Assembly (NCBI GenBank): GCA_050613775.1
Contig: JBODTK010000150.1
Span: 62,001 to 126,000 of the forward strand
DNA from: Neocallimastix sp. 'constans'
Taxonomy: Eukaryota
Length of the DNA: 64,000 nt
Reading direction: 5' to 3'
Below the pieces are notes generated by a model that saw only the letters and a list, made by a program, of their open reading frames with translations, was not told where the DNA came from and did not search any database. Position 1 is the stretch's first letter. Every line of letters starts with the position of its first letter. This document shows, piece by piece, positions 12,917 to 25,578 of the stretch. Made by a program: the position numbers and the translations under genes.

Positions 12917-15900
12917 AATTTATAATCTTTTTTATTATTAAAATTTTTATTATTATTATTATTAAATTTATAATCTTTTTTATTATTAAAATTTTTATTA
13001 TTATTATTATTAAATTTATAATTTTTCTATTATTATTAAAATTATTATTATTATTATTATTGAATTTAAATAATATAAAAATTCCAATAATTACGAAATA
13101 ATAATATGTAAAACATTTATTACTTTTTAAAATTTATTTTTTTTGAAATAAAAAAAAAAAAAAATTTAAATAAAAAATATTTAATTTTATAACAATAAAT
13201 ATTTTTTTTTTATTTGTTTAGTTTTATTTATCACTCGCTTTTTAGTATGTTTCTATGTATACTATATATATAGTACATTCTATAGTGTTATTAATATCTT
13301 CAATAAATATTTATTAGTGTAAAAAAAAAAAAATTTTAAAAAATATATAATAAAATTAGAAACTTAAATATTTTTGTTTATATGTATAATCCTTTTTTTT
13401 TTTTTTTTTAAATAATAATTAATAATAACAAATATGAAATTTCACATAATGATTAACACAATTTAAAGGAAAATTAAAAAAAAAGTAAATATAATTTTTA
13501 AAAAATAAAAAAAAAAAAATAAGATACCTTTATGACTATATATATTTGTTTAACTAAAAGGTTAATTCTTAGAATAAAGTTTTTCTTCTGTAATAAAGTG
13601 GATAATTAAAAATTTTAAGTTTAAATAAAAATATCTGGATAATTTTTTTTTCCTTGGAAATTGGAAAGATAAAATTTTTAATTAACCAATACCAAAAAAA
13701 GAAATTTAAAAATAAATTAAAAAATTATTATTTAATATATAAAAATTTAAACTTATTTAGCCATATATATATAAGGACAAATAAGTTAAACTTTATGTAT
13801 TAATAATAAATTAAAAAATTTTATTAATAAACAATTTCAATTAATAGAATATAAAATTATTTATAGCAATTATAAAAAAATTTTTTATAGCATATTATAC
13901 ATTTATATATAAAATTATTAATGAATATATATTATATATTTATATATATTTATTTTTCTACTTTAATATATATATTTAATTTTTTACTAGATTTAATTTA
14001 AATATAACTTGATTTTAAATATTAATATGAATATAAATAATTACCATTAGAATTAGAATAATATTCATATTAATGTATGATGCAATATTACGAATAGTAC
14101 AATTTTTTAAAGGAATAATACTTTTATTTTTTCTAATAATGATGAAAACATTTTAGAAATATAAATTAATATTAAATCTTTTAAATGCTAGAAATTATAT
14201 GTATTAAAAACTAAAAAATAAAAAATTTAATAACATAATATGTGAACATAAAAAATATAAATAAAATATATAAAACTAATGTAATAAAATATAAAATATT
14301 AGTAAATAGATTAAAAGTATAATAATAAAGATTTAGTATTGATTCTTATTTTATTTTTATATATAAATACTTCATAAAAATATTTATTAAACACAAGATA
14401 AATTATTTCGTATTTTTATTTTTATTAATTTAACACCTTTTGTTTACTCATTAACAACTTTTATATCTATGATAATATACAATAGTAAAATTTCTCATTT
14501 ATAATAATATTTAGTTATAATAATGAAAAAGAATAAATAATAGAAAAATAGCTCAATTGCCGAAAAAGCTAAATAATTTATAAAAGAATACATAATGAAC
14601 AAATAAATATAAGTATAGAATAAATATACTAAAACTTTCTCGAAGTGTTTGAAAATTTAATTATAAACTGAACCTTTTCATTTAAAAAAAATATTTTTTA
14701 AAAAACTATTTTTTTCATTTATTATTAAATAATTCATAATAAATGGAATGTATTTTAAAGTTAAAATTTTTGAATAGATATAAAATAATAATTTTGTTTT
14801 TAATTAATAAAAAAAAAAAAAAATATTCTTATACTGGATGATTAATAAATTATAAAAAAACTTAAAATGAGATCAGTAAAATATACTGTTTAATGAATAA
14901 AGATTCTAATTTTAGCATAAATAAAAATCATAAGAGAATTATTGCATAATAATGAAATTATCTTTATAAAATATATATTTTTTATCTTCAATTATCATTG
15001 ATAATTAAAAATATAATAGCTTCAAAAAATAAAAATAATAAAAAAAAAAGAAAGGTAGAATTTATATAGATAATTTATAAAGATAATAATAAATATTATG
15101 GTCAATTAATTTTAAATTTTTTATATTCATTATAATATTTAATAAATAAAGCAATATATTTTATTATTATCATTATTATAACATTTATGTTAGATATTTA
15201 ATTTCTTTAATATATATATTTATTCTTTATCTGGTTAGAAAAATTAGTATTATTTATAAAATATTTTTGTTACATTTACCTTTTTTGATTACTAATTATT
15301 TATTTCTTCCTCTTCTAAAAAATAAGTATAATATAAAAATTAATGTTATATTTATCTTTCAAGAAAACAATTCTAGTTATTTTATTTAATTAAAAATATT
15401 ATGAGATATTTGCGAACATAATCAATTTCAATTTTTTATTTATTTGTTAGGCTTTTTCTTTAATGGAATAAACCAAATATTTATGAATAACTATATATTA
15501 TTTATGTTGAAATAAAAATAAACCAATGATTTAATTATTTTAATTATATATTGTATTTGTTTATGCTATAATTATATATATAATATACCTTCATTTTTTT
15601 TTTTTTTTTATTTTTTAATGAAAAAAAAATCAAATATTTATGACTAAAGATATATCTTTTTGATGAAAATAGCTAAATATTTTTATTAATGATATAATAT
15701 TTTTGATGAAACAAATAACACATTTATTATTAAAGATATGATTTTTATTGGATATTAAAATTATTTTTTTGTTATATTTTTATATTTAGTATTTTTTTTT
15801 TTAAATATAATTTTTTGATATAATAAAAAAATTGGTCTTTTTTTGTTATTTTTGAAATTAGATCTATCTTCAATATATATTGTTGATAAAGCTTTCTTAT

Positions 15901-16474
15901 AAATTATATTGATAAATGATTTATATGAAGAAACCTTATAAAAAAATTAACATATAGGAGATATTTCATTACTTCATTATATAACTATCAATTGTATTTA
16001 ATTTTTAAACAGTATTAATAATAAAAGAAGAAGGAAGAAAAAAATTATAATAATAATAATAATGATGAATGAGATAAAACTATGAACAAAAAAGAAAAAA
16101 AACTTAATAATTCAACAAAGGTAATTCATTTTATATATCAAAAAGTAGTTTTAAATTCAGTAAAAAAACATTCAAAAATATGGAATAAAAAATGAATAAG
16201 AAGGATAAAGAAAAAAAAATAATTATATTAATGTTTAATTCGTTGTCTTTTTTAACCAAATAGGAATACATAGACTATCTTTTTTCAACCAAATGGATAA
16301 TTAATCAATTAGGTTATAATAAAAAGGATAATATCTGATTAAGATATTTCTTTATTAAATGGAAAAGTAAAATTTTTAATTATCCATTATAAATATTTTT
16401 AACTATTATAAAAATTTCAGAATTATTCAATACTATTTGACATATCTAATTGAACTATATAAAAACTTAATTAT

Positions 16475-16820
16475 TAATAATAAATAATTAATAATAAATA
16501 ATAAATAATAAATAATAAATAATAAATAATAAATAATAAATAATAAATAATAAATAATAAATAATAAATAATAAATAATAAATAATAAATAATAAATAAT
16601 AAATAATAAATAATAAATAATAAATAATAAATAATAAATAATAAATTAATAAATAAATGATAGTTAAATAATTATAAATAATAAATAATTAATAATAAAT
16701 AATAAATAATAATAAATAAATAATAAATAGTTAAATAATCAAATAATAATAAATAAATAATAAATAAAAATAATAAATAATTGAATAATAAATAATAAAT
16801 AAATAAATAAATAAATAAAT
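16475..16820. repeat. (AATAAAT)n 7-bp microsatellite, decaying toward the 3' end
   Basis: Directly visible. Confidence 0.9.
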
Positions 16821-18489
16821 TTAATCTTAATAATATTCATATTATTTTTTTTCTTAATTTTTTTTTCTTATTATTTGGATTCTTTATTTTTTTTACTTAG
16901 CAATAATCAATATAATTACTTTAAAAGTATTCCTTTTTAAATCATCTTAATTATATCTTTAAAGATAAAAAAAAAAAAAAATTTTTTTAATATTATGTGA
17001 TTATTTCCATTTATATATAAAATATATATATATTTATGATCATTCACTGTGGTTACAGAAAGAATAATATGAAGTTTTTTATATTAAATATAAATGGTTA
17101 TATTATATTAATTAGTGGATAAATTTATATATATACATATGAATAATTTTGTATTATTGAATTAATACATTACATTACATTATTTTAATCATAGTTATAT
17201 TTAAATAATGTTAAATATTGTTGATGTATCTAATAATTTATAACAATAGTTTATTTGAAATAATTAAAGAACAAAAAAAATTTTTTTATTTATAAAGAAA
17301 ATATTATTAGTAAATATTAAAAAATATATATATTTAAGAATAATAAATATTAAAAGTATATTTTAATTAAATGAAAAATTACTATGAAGTAATAGAATAT
17401 AATTCAATAAAAGGTAGAATTAATAATAATTTTTTATTCTTATTATCTATTATTATAAAGAATTTTGTTAAAAATGGTCTCCTTCTATTCTAAATTACAT
17501 AGAAAAAAATGATTAATAATAACAAAAAAGATATTCTATATCTATTTTGTTTATTCTTAACTATTTCTAAATACATATATAAATAAAATATTAAAACGAT
17601 TAATGTCTATTATTATTATTTAAATTATACAAAAAAAAGAACAAAAGAATTTTTTTTTTTTACATAATTTTTTCTATTTTAAAGTAAATTGAACTAAAAA
17701 AAATAAAAATAAATTGAAGGAACACAAAAAAAAAAAAAAAAAAAAAAAAAAAAGAAGGAAAAATGATGAATAAAAATAATTAGGTTAATTTAATAATTAT
17801 TTTTTTTTTGGTTTTAACCAAAAGGATAATTTATTGAATATACTATTATTATAAGGTTAATTAAAGAAATAAGCTTATATTAAATACGGATAATATATGA
17901 ATAAAGTTATTCGTTATTATTAGATAAGTATAATTTATAAATTTCCATTGACAAAAATTTAATTTTCTATTTTATGTCAATAATTATTTAATTATTATTG
18001 AATATATTAAAATTTAACCTTTTTAGTAACAAAATATATATATATGAATGTATAATAAATAGAAATTGCTAAATACAATCCAATATATATTGAATATAAT
18101 ATTATATAAGAATAGTATTAATTATTTGTATAATGGAACAGTAATAATTATTATTATTAATTTATTAAAGTATTTTTCATTTTAAGTTAAATTGTATATA
18201 TCAGTACATAATTAATATATTGATAAATTTCTTTTAAATATAATGTATTAATTTCTTCTTTGGTTTTATATGTTATACTACTTTTATTAAAAATAGATGT
18301 ATTTTTATTTTTAGCTTTCAATTTTTTATTTTTTCTACAATTTTAAAAGAGAATAGAAATTGGTATAGTATAGTAAAGGTATGTAATATCTATTTTATTT
18401 ATTATAAACTTGTAAAAAACTTTAAAACTGCTTTTAAAGAGAGATAATATTATTAGCAAAGAAACCTAGAAGGAAAAACAATATGAAAA

Positions 18490-18890
18490 CAAAAAATAAA
18501 AAAAAAAATTTTTTTTCTATTAAATTGTTAAAATAGATATGTAAATAACTGAAGATATATGAAGATATAATAGAGGATACAGGAAAAAAGGTAAATAAAA
18601 CACAGTAAAAAATGTTATTTAAATAAAATATATGAAAATCAAAAAGTGAAGTTTAATGTATATATATAAGTAATAAACAAACAAACAATAAAAATAAAAA
18701 AATTTTTTTTTTCTCTATGAAACTGTTTTAAATAAACAAATATATAACCGAAGATGATATATATATTATAATAAGATACAGGAAAAAAGGTAAATAAAAT
18801 ATAGAATACAAAATAAAAAACAGGTAAAAATAATATTTAAATTAAATATATAAAAGCGAATAAGTGAAGTTTAATGTATATATAAATAAA
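18490..18890 (+). repeat. Degenerate ~200-bp tandem duplication
   Basis: GATACAGGAAAAAAGGTAAATAAAA at ~18576 and ~18775; AAGTGAAGTTTAATGTATATA at ~18644 and ~18862. Confidence 0.8.
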
Positions 18891-19249
18891 GAAGTTGAAA
18901 AAACAAACAAATAGAGGTTAAAATTTTTTTTAAATATAAAAAACTAAAAATTATAATAAACCAATATTATATGTGAGATATATACTGATATGAAACTATT
19001 AATATATCATAAAAGAAGATAAAAAAAAAAAAAAAAAAAAAATAACGATTATATAATAATAAATAAATAATAAATATATATATATATTATTTATATATAA
19101 TGTTATTTTTTTTTTTTATTTTATATTATCTTTTAAATATTTTTATAAAAGTAATAAAATAATAAAATATTTTAAACTAATTATGAATAAATATATAAAA
19201 CAATAAAACTAAATATATATCCAAATTCATAAATTAGAACTAAGGAACA

Positions 19250-19322
19250 AAAGATCGATTTATTTATGATATATTTTTTTTGTTTATTTTCATCAAAAAA
19301 AAAAAAAAAAACATATATTTTC

Positions 19323-19356
<34 letters not shown>

Positions 19357-19370
19357 AAATTTAAGATCAA

Positions 19371-19406
<36 letters not shown>

Positions 19407-20170
19407 ATTATTATATCATTAAAAAAGAGAAAATAGAAAATAATAGTATTAAAAAAGAGAAAAAAGAAAATAATATGTGTATCCAAATTCCTTTTTATTT
19501 ATATACTAATTTTTTATTTGATCATAACATCAAAAAAAAAAAAAAAAAATAAAATAAAAAAAAAAAAAAAAAAAAGCAACAAAATATATAAGTTCTTTTA
19601 TTTTTATAAAAAATTAAAAAGACTATATATTTATATATTTTTTATTATATCTTTCATTGATTAAATATAAATATTTTGATCTTTTTTCATCAGAACAAAA
19701 AACTTGTATCAAAGTTTTTTTTTTTTTTATAAAAATTAAAGGAATCAGTATATTTATATATTTTTGATAATTAACTAAAATAAAATAAAATAAAATAAAA
19801 AATAAAAATAAAAAAAATATATATATATTTATAAATTCTGTTTTATTTTTTTAAAAATTAAAAATAAAATAAAAAAAATAAAATAATAAAAAAAATAAAT
19901 ATATAACTTCTGCTTCATTTTTATAAAAATTAAAATAAGATCGATGTATATTTATATATTTTTTGATTAATCTTTAATTAAAAAAAACATGTTTAATTAT
20001 ATATATTTTGATCATTTTTCCATCAAATAAAAAAAAAAAAATAAAAAATAAAGATGAAAATATGCTTAATTATATATATATATTTGATCATTCTTCCATC
20101 AAATAAAAAAAAAAAAAAATGAAAATATGTTTAATTTTATATATATTGATCATTCTTCCATCAAAGAAAA
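19250..20170 (+). repeat. Degenerate array of TATATTTTGATCATT(T/C)TTCCATCAAA-poly(A) modules
   Basis: Clear copies near 19515, 19675, 20005, 20080 and 20140; inverted copies at ~26040-26445. Confidence 0.7.
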
Positions 20171-20740
20171 AAATGTTTTATTATTATTTACATAATTTAT
20201 TTGTATTATATATATTAATGTTTAATAATTATAAATATTTAAAGAGTATGTATGTTTTAATCATAAACATATGAAATATCATTAATATTCACAATTATAA
20301 TGAAAAGATACATATTCATAAATTGTGTGAAAAATATTTTTAACAAAATTTTTTTATATATCAAAAAAAAAAAGAAAAAAAAAAAAAAATTATTTTATTA
20401 AAGGATAATTGTCTTTAATATCTACATTATATTAAAACAACAAATATAAAAAGATATTATTTATTTGAGTTTTTCAAAGTAAATAAAAGTTTAATATAAA
20501 TCATTATTTTAATAACTAGGTTTTTATATATACCTATAAAATTTATCTATTTTTAAGAAATAGATAAATTCAATTCAATATTTATATATAAAAATAAAAA
20601 CAAACCAAAAAAAAAAAAAAAAAAAAAAAAAAGATAAAACCATTTATGACAATTTAATATAAAAAAAAAATAGGAGAAGTAGGTAAATTTTTTTGTGATG
20701 CAAATTTTTAAATAAATTTAATTAATGCAGAGGTTAATTA

Positions 20741-21450
20741 GTTAATAAGGCTGAATAGATAAAATAGGTTAAAACTAGCGGAAAAGCTAATTCATAGATT
20801 TAGGCAGAAATAATGATAAAGTTATTAATAAATAAGCTTATTTGTTAATTAGGCTGAATAGATAAAATGGGTTAAAACTGGCGGAAAAGCTAATTCATAG
20901 ATTTAGGCAGAAATAATGATAAAGTTATTAATAAATAAGCTAATTTGTTAATTAGGCTGAATTGATAAAATAGGTTAAAACTGAAGAAAAAGCTAATTTT
21001 TAGATTTAGGCAGAAAAAATGATAAAGTTATTTATTAATAAGTTAATTCGTTAATTAGGCTGAATAGATAAAATAGGTTAAAACTGGCGGAAAAGCTAAT
21101 TATTAGATTTAGGCAGAAAAAATGATAAAGTTATTTATTCATAAGTCAAATCGTTAATTAGGCTGAATAGATAAAATAGGTTAAAACTGGCGGAAAAGCT
21201 AATTCTTAGATTTAGGCAGAAAAAATGATAAAGTTATTTATTCATAAGTCAAATCGTTAATTAGGCTGAATTGATAAAATAGGTTAAAACTGGCGGAAAA
21301 GCTAATTCTTAGATTTAGGCAGAAAAAATGATAAAGTTATTTATTCATAAGTCAAATCGTTAATTAGGCTGAATTGATAAATAGGTTAAAACTGATGAAA
21401 AAGTAAATTCTTGAATTATGCTAATATTTATAATTAGTATTTTATTCATT
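20741..21450 (+). repeat. 103-bp tandem satellite, six full units plus a partial seventh
   Basis: GTTAAT(T/A)AGGCTGAA starts at 20741, 20844, 20947, 21050, 21153, 21256 and 21359, an exact 103-bp period. Confidence 0.97.
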
Positions 21451-22165
21451 AAAATAAATTAAATAAACATTACTTCATAAATTCTTTTTAATTGTTACAT
21501 AAAAGAAAAAGATAAATGGTAAATAAAAAATCAAAAAAATATATAAATAAAAATAAAGTAAATTTAGTATTTTATAACATAATAAAATCTATAAATATGT
21601 TTGATTATTATATTTTAAAGTCTAAAATTAATACGTTAGATATATGATAAGTTCATGTTTTTTTTTTTTTTTTTTTTTTAAATTGAAAATAAAAAATTTT
21701 TTAGTTTATTTATTGATTTTAGTGTCAAGTAATTATCTGTTATCCTAATGATATGTAATCTATATTAAAGAATTAATATAATTTATAATTAAATTTATTA
21801 TTATTTTTATTAACCAGTTTTATTAATTTCTTTACAGTTCAATTTAGAAATTTAAGAATTAAAGGAATTTGTTTATGAATATATTTTTATATTATATAAG
21901 AAATTCTAAAATGATGACTAATAATTTTATTATTTATAATATAAAACTACAATATTTTAAATTATATTCATTATTAAAATTTATTTAAAAGAATAATTAA
22001 TAATATAAATTATGTTAATATATAAATTATAATATATATATAAATAATAAAAATAATATAAGTAATTAAATAATATTTAAATATGATCATGTGAAAAATT
22101 ATTTTATTTTAAATTTATTTATAATAGAAATTTTTCAAAAGGAAAAATCCCATATAAAGATTTTG

Positions 22166-22204
<39 letters not shown>

Positions 22205-24986
22205 ATATATATATATATAAATAAATTATTAAAATATAAATTTTTAATTAAAATAAATAAAATTATTGGTTATAATTAAATTTATATTTAAATAAATTAG
22301 TTTTATATATGGATAAATATAATAATAATTTAATTAAATATAAAAATTCATACTAATCAATATCAATTTCTTATATAATTTATTATTTATATATAAATGT
22401 TGCATATAAATAAATTGTAATATTCCTATTGGTCAACTAATAAAACAAAAAAAAAATGAAGACATTAATAATTTTAATTACTAATAAAAAATTATATAAT
22501 TAAAAAAAAAAAAAAAAAAAACAGTAAATATAATTAAAAAATTAATATAATTTATAATTAAATTTGTTAACAAGTTTTATTAATTTTTTTTTTTTTAAGA
22601 AATAATATAAATATTTTATATATTATTCAATTTATTTATTTATATTTTTTATATATGTTATATACATTATTAATTTTATCTTTTTTACCTACATAAAATA
22701 ATTGTTAAATAGGAAAATATGAAACTAAATAATAATAAAACACAAAATTAAAATTAATGAAATATAATGAAATATATATATTTTAACTTTAAATATTAAT
22801 AAAATTTTCATATTTTATTTTTCCTCAGAATTGAAACTCTATAGTATATTAATTTATATGTATAGATTAATACATATTATATACATATATTATAGTATAT
22901 ATATTTATATATAATTACTATATATATATTTAAAATAATATATTATTAATATTTATTATTAATGATTTTATCAATTTTCATTTTAGAAGAAAATAAAAAC
23001 TAAATAATTAATGATATAAAACTGAACTTTTTTATTTTAAATTATAATTATATTCATCTAATTATATAATTTATTTTATTGTATATTTATTGATAATTTA
23101 TAATTTTTTTTGAATTTATTAAAACCAATAATATTATTAAATGGTAATGTTCAGGGCTATAGTGATTAATAGTTAGGCAGCAATTTTTCTAAAAGCTAGT
23201 GCAATTTGTGTACCAAAATTGTTGAATAAAATAAAAAATTAAATAAAATTCATGGAAATTGCATTAATAAATATATATATATATGGATATTTTTTTAAAA
23301 AATTCTATATTTAATTCCAATTAATTATAAATTCATATAAATTTATATATTGATATAGATAAAGTAGTATTATAATAAGTTAGTAAAATATTTATATGTA
23401 AATATATTTTAATTATTTTTTATAAACTAACGTTAGATATAATAATATATTTTATTTTATTCTAATTATTGATTAATATATATATATTTATATTTATATA
23501 AATTATTACTACAATAGATAAATTTTATTACAACATAAAATTTTGAATTAGTATTTCATATTATATATAAATAATGAATAAAAGGACATGTTCTCTCTAT
23601 AATAATAAAAAATTATAATTAAATAATTATTCATTATTATTTTTGTAATAATTATTAGAAATAAGAATATGAGATTGTAAAAAATATAATAAATAAATTA
23701 ATAGCTCTCTTTATACTACAACTGATATTTTGAAGTAGTTGATAATTTTTTTTTTCATGGAAAAAAATGAAACTTCTTTTTTTTTTTTTTTTTTTTTTTT
23801 GAATATGCTCATAGAATTGATAGTTTTTCTAACGTTCCCGATCTTTTAATAGTAATTTTTTTAAATCTGATACTCTTTTACCTAGTCTTCTAGAAAAGAA
23901 AAATAATGATTATAAAAAGAAGGAATAAATATTCAAATCTTAGTGGTTATTTCCAAAATTAAGCCTTCCTTATGAAAAAAAAAGTTATAGCTTTCATTAC
24001 ATATAAATTTATTTTCATATTTCAAATTATCATATTCTAATAGGTTCCTTTGGTGATACATTAAGTAAATTTGGAGATTTGATGGTATGCCTTTATTTTA
24101 GTACATTTGATATAAAAAAAATCTCAAGAGGTAATTATAATATGTCTTCAGTTGAAATGCATCCATTAAAGTAGTTTTTAATAAGATAATATGTTTTTTT
24201 TTTTTGCTATGGTTTATTAATAAAATCATTACTGATTGTCATCTATTAGTTCGTATTTGAAATATCGTTTGTAAAAATATATTTGTATGATATATCTGTT
24301 TCGTTCTAACTATTGAAAATGATAAAAAATTATATATTTATAAATGAAAAAAATATTAACAATAAACAATTAGTCTATAATTAATTTAATATATAATTTA
24401 AATGTTTTATGGTAAAGCTAATAAAAAAACAAACATGAGCAAAAAAAAAAAAAAAAAAAATTATTTTTTATATATATAATTTAAATTATACTAAATAAAA
24501 ATATTTTTAATTTCATCAATTAAATTTTATTATTATTATTATTATTATTATAATAATTAAATAAATACAATATTGAATTTATAATATCAATCTATTATAA
24601 TTTTAGCTTTTTCATTAGTTTTTTACAGTTTATCAAATTATTGTTTCGATTAATAATGTCTTTCTAACATATGAATTAACTTTTTCATTCAATTAATAAG
24701 TTTTTGCATATTAACATATTTAACATAATAATTTATTTAATTTAAAAATTTATTCATAATATTAGCCTAATATATAAATTAATTTTTTTTTATCAGTTTA
24801 ACCTATTTTTCTAAATCAGTCTAATTGGCAAAATAACTTTTTTTATATAAATAATTATATTCATAATATCAGCCTATTTAACAAAATAATCTTTTATATT
24901 AAAAGTTTATTCTTAAAATCAGCTTAATTCAGGAATTAGTTTTTTTTTTTTTTTTTTTATATCAGTTTAACCCACTTCACTAAATT

Positions 24987-25445
24987 AGCCTAATTAACAA
25001 AATAACTTTTTATATAAATAAGTTTATTCATAATATCAGCCTAATTAACAAAATAACTTTTCATATAAATAAGTTTATTCATAATATCAGCCTAATTAAC
25101 AAAATAACTTTTTATATAAATAAGTTTATTCATAATATCAGCCTAATTAACAAAATAACTTTTCATATAAATAAGTTTATTCATAATATCAGCCTAATTA
25201 ACAAAATAACTTTTTATATAAATAAGTTTATTCATAATATCAGCCTAATTAACAAAATAACTTTTCATATAAATAAGTTTATTCATAATATCAGCCTAAT
25301 TAACAAAATAACTTTTCATATAAATAAGTTTATTCATAATATCAGCCTAATTAACAAAATAACTTTTCATATAAATAAGTTTATTCATAATATCAGCCTA
25401 ATTAACAAAATAACTTTTCATATAAATAAGTTTATTCATAATATA
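24987..25445 (-). repeat. 51-bp tandem satellite, nine units, inverted relative of the 103-bp satellite
   Basis: AGCCTAATTAAC at 24987, 25038, 25089, 25140, 25191, 25242, 25293, 25344 and 25395. Its reverse complement GTTAATTAGGCT(GA) is the core of the 103-bp unit. Degenerate 103-type units at ~24760-24990. Confidence 0.97.
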
Positions 25446-25529
25446 GGAATTAACCTATTTTATATCTATTTTATATCTAACTATATACATAATATCATCC
25501 AAATTAGAAATAACTTTTTTGAACTCAAT

Positions 25530-25578
<49 letters not shown>

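Noticed and set aside
16475..16820. Telomere-like repeat
   Set aside because: A pure A/T heptamer without G-rich strand bias, in an internal position.
20741..21450. Regular repeat array as CRISPR
   Set aside because: Entire 103-bp units repeat and there are no unique spacers.
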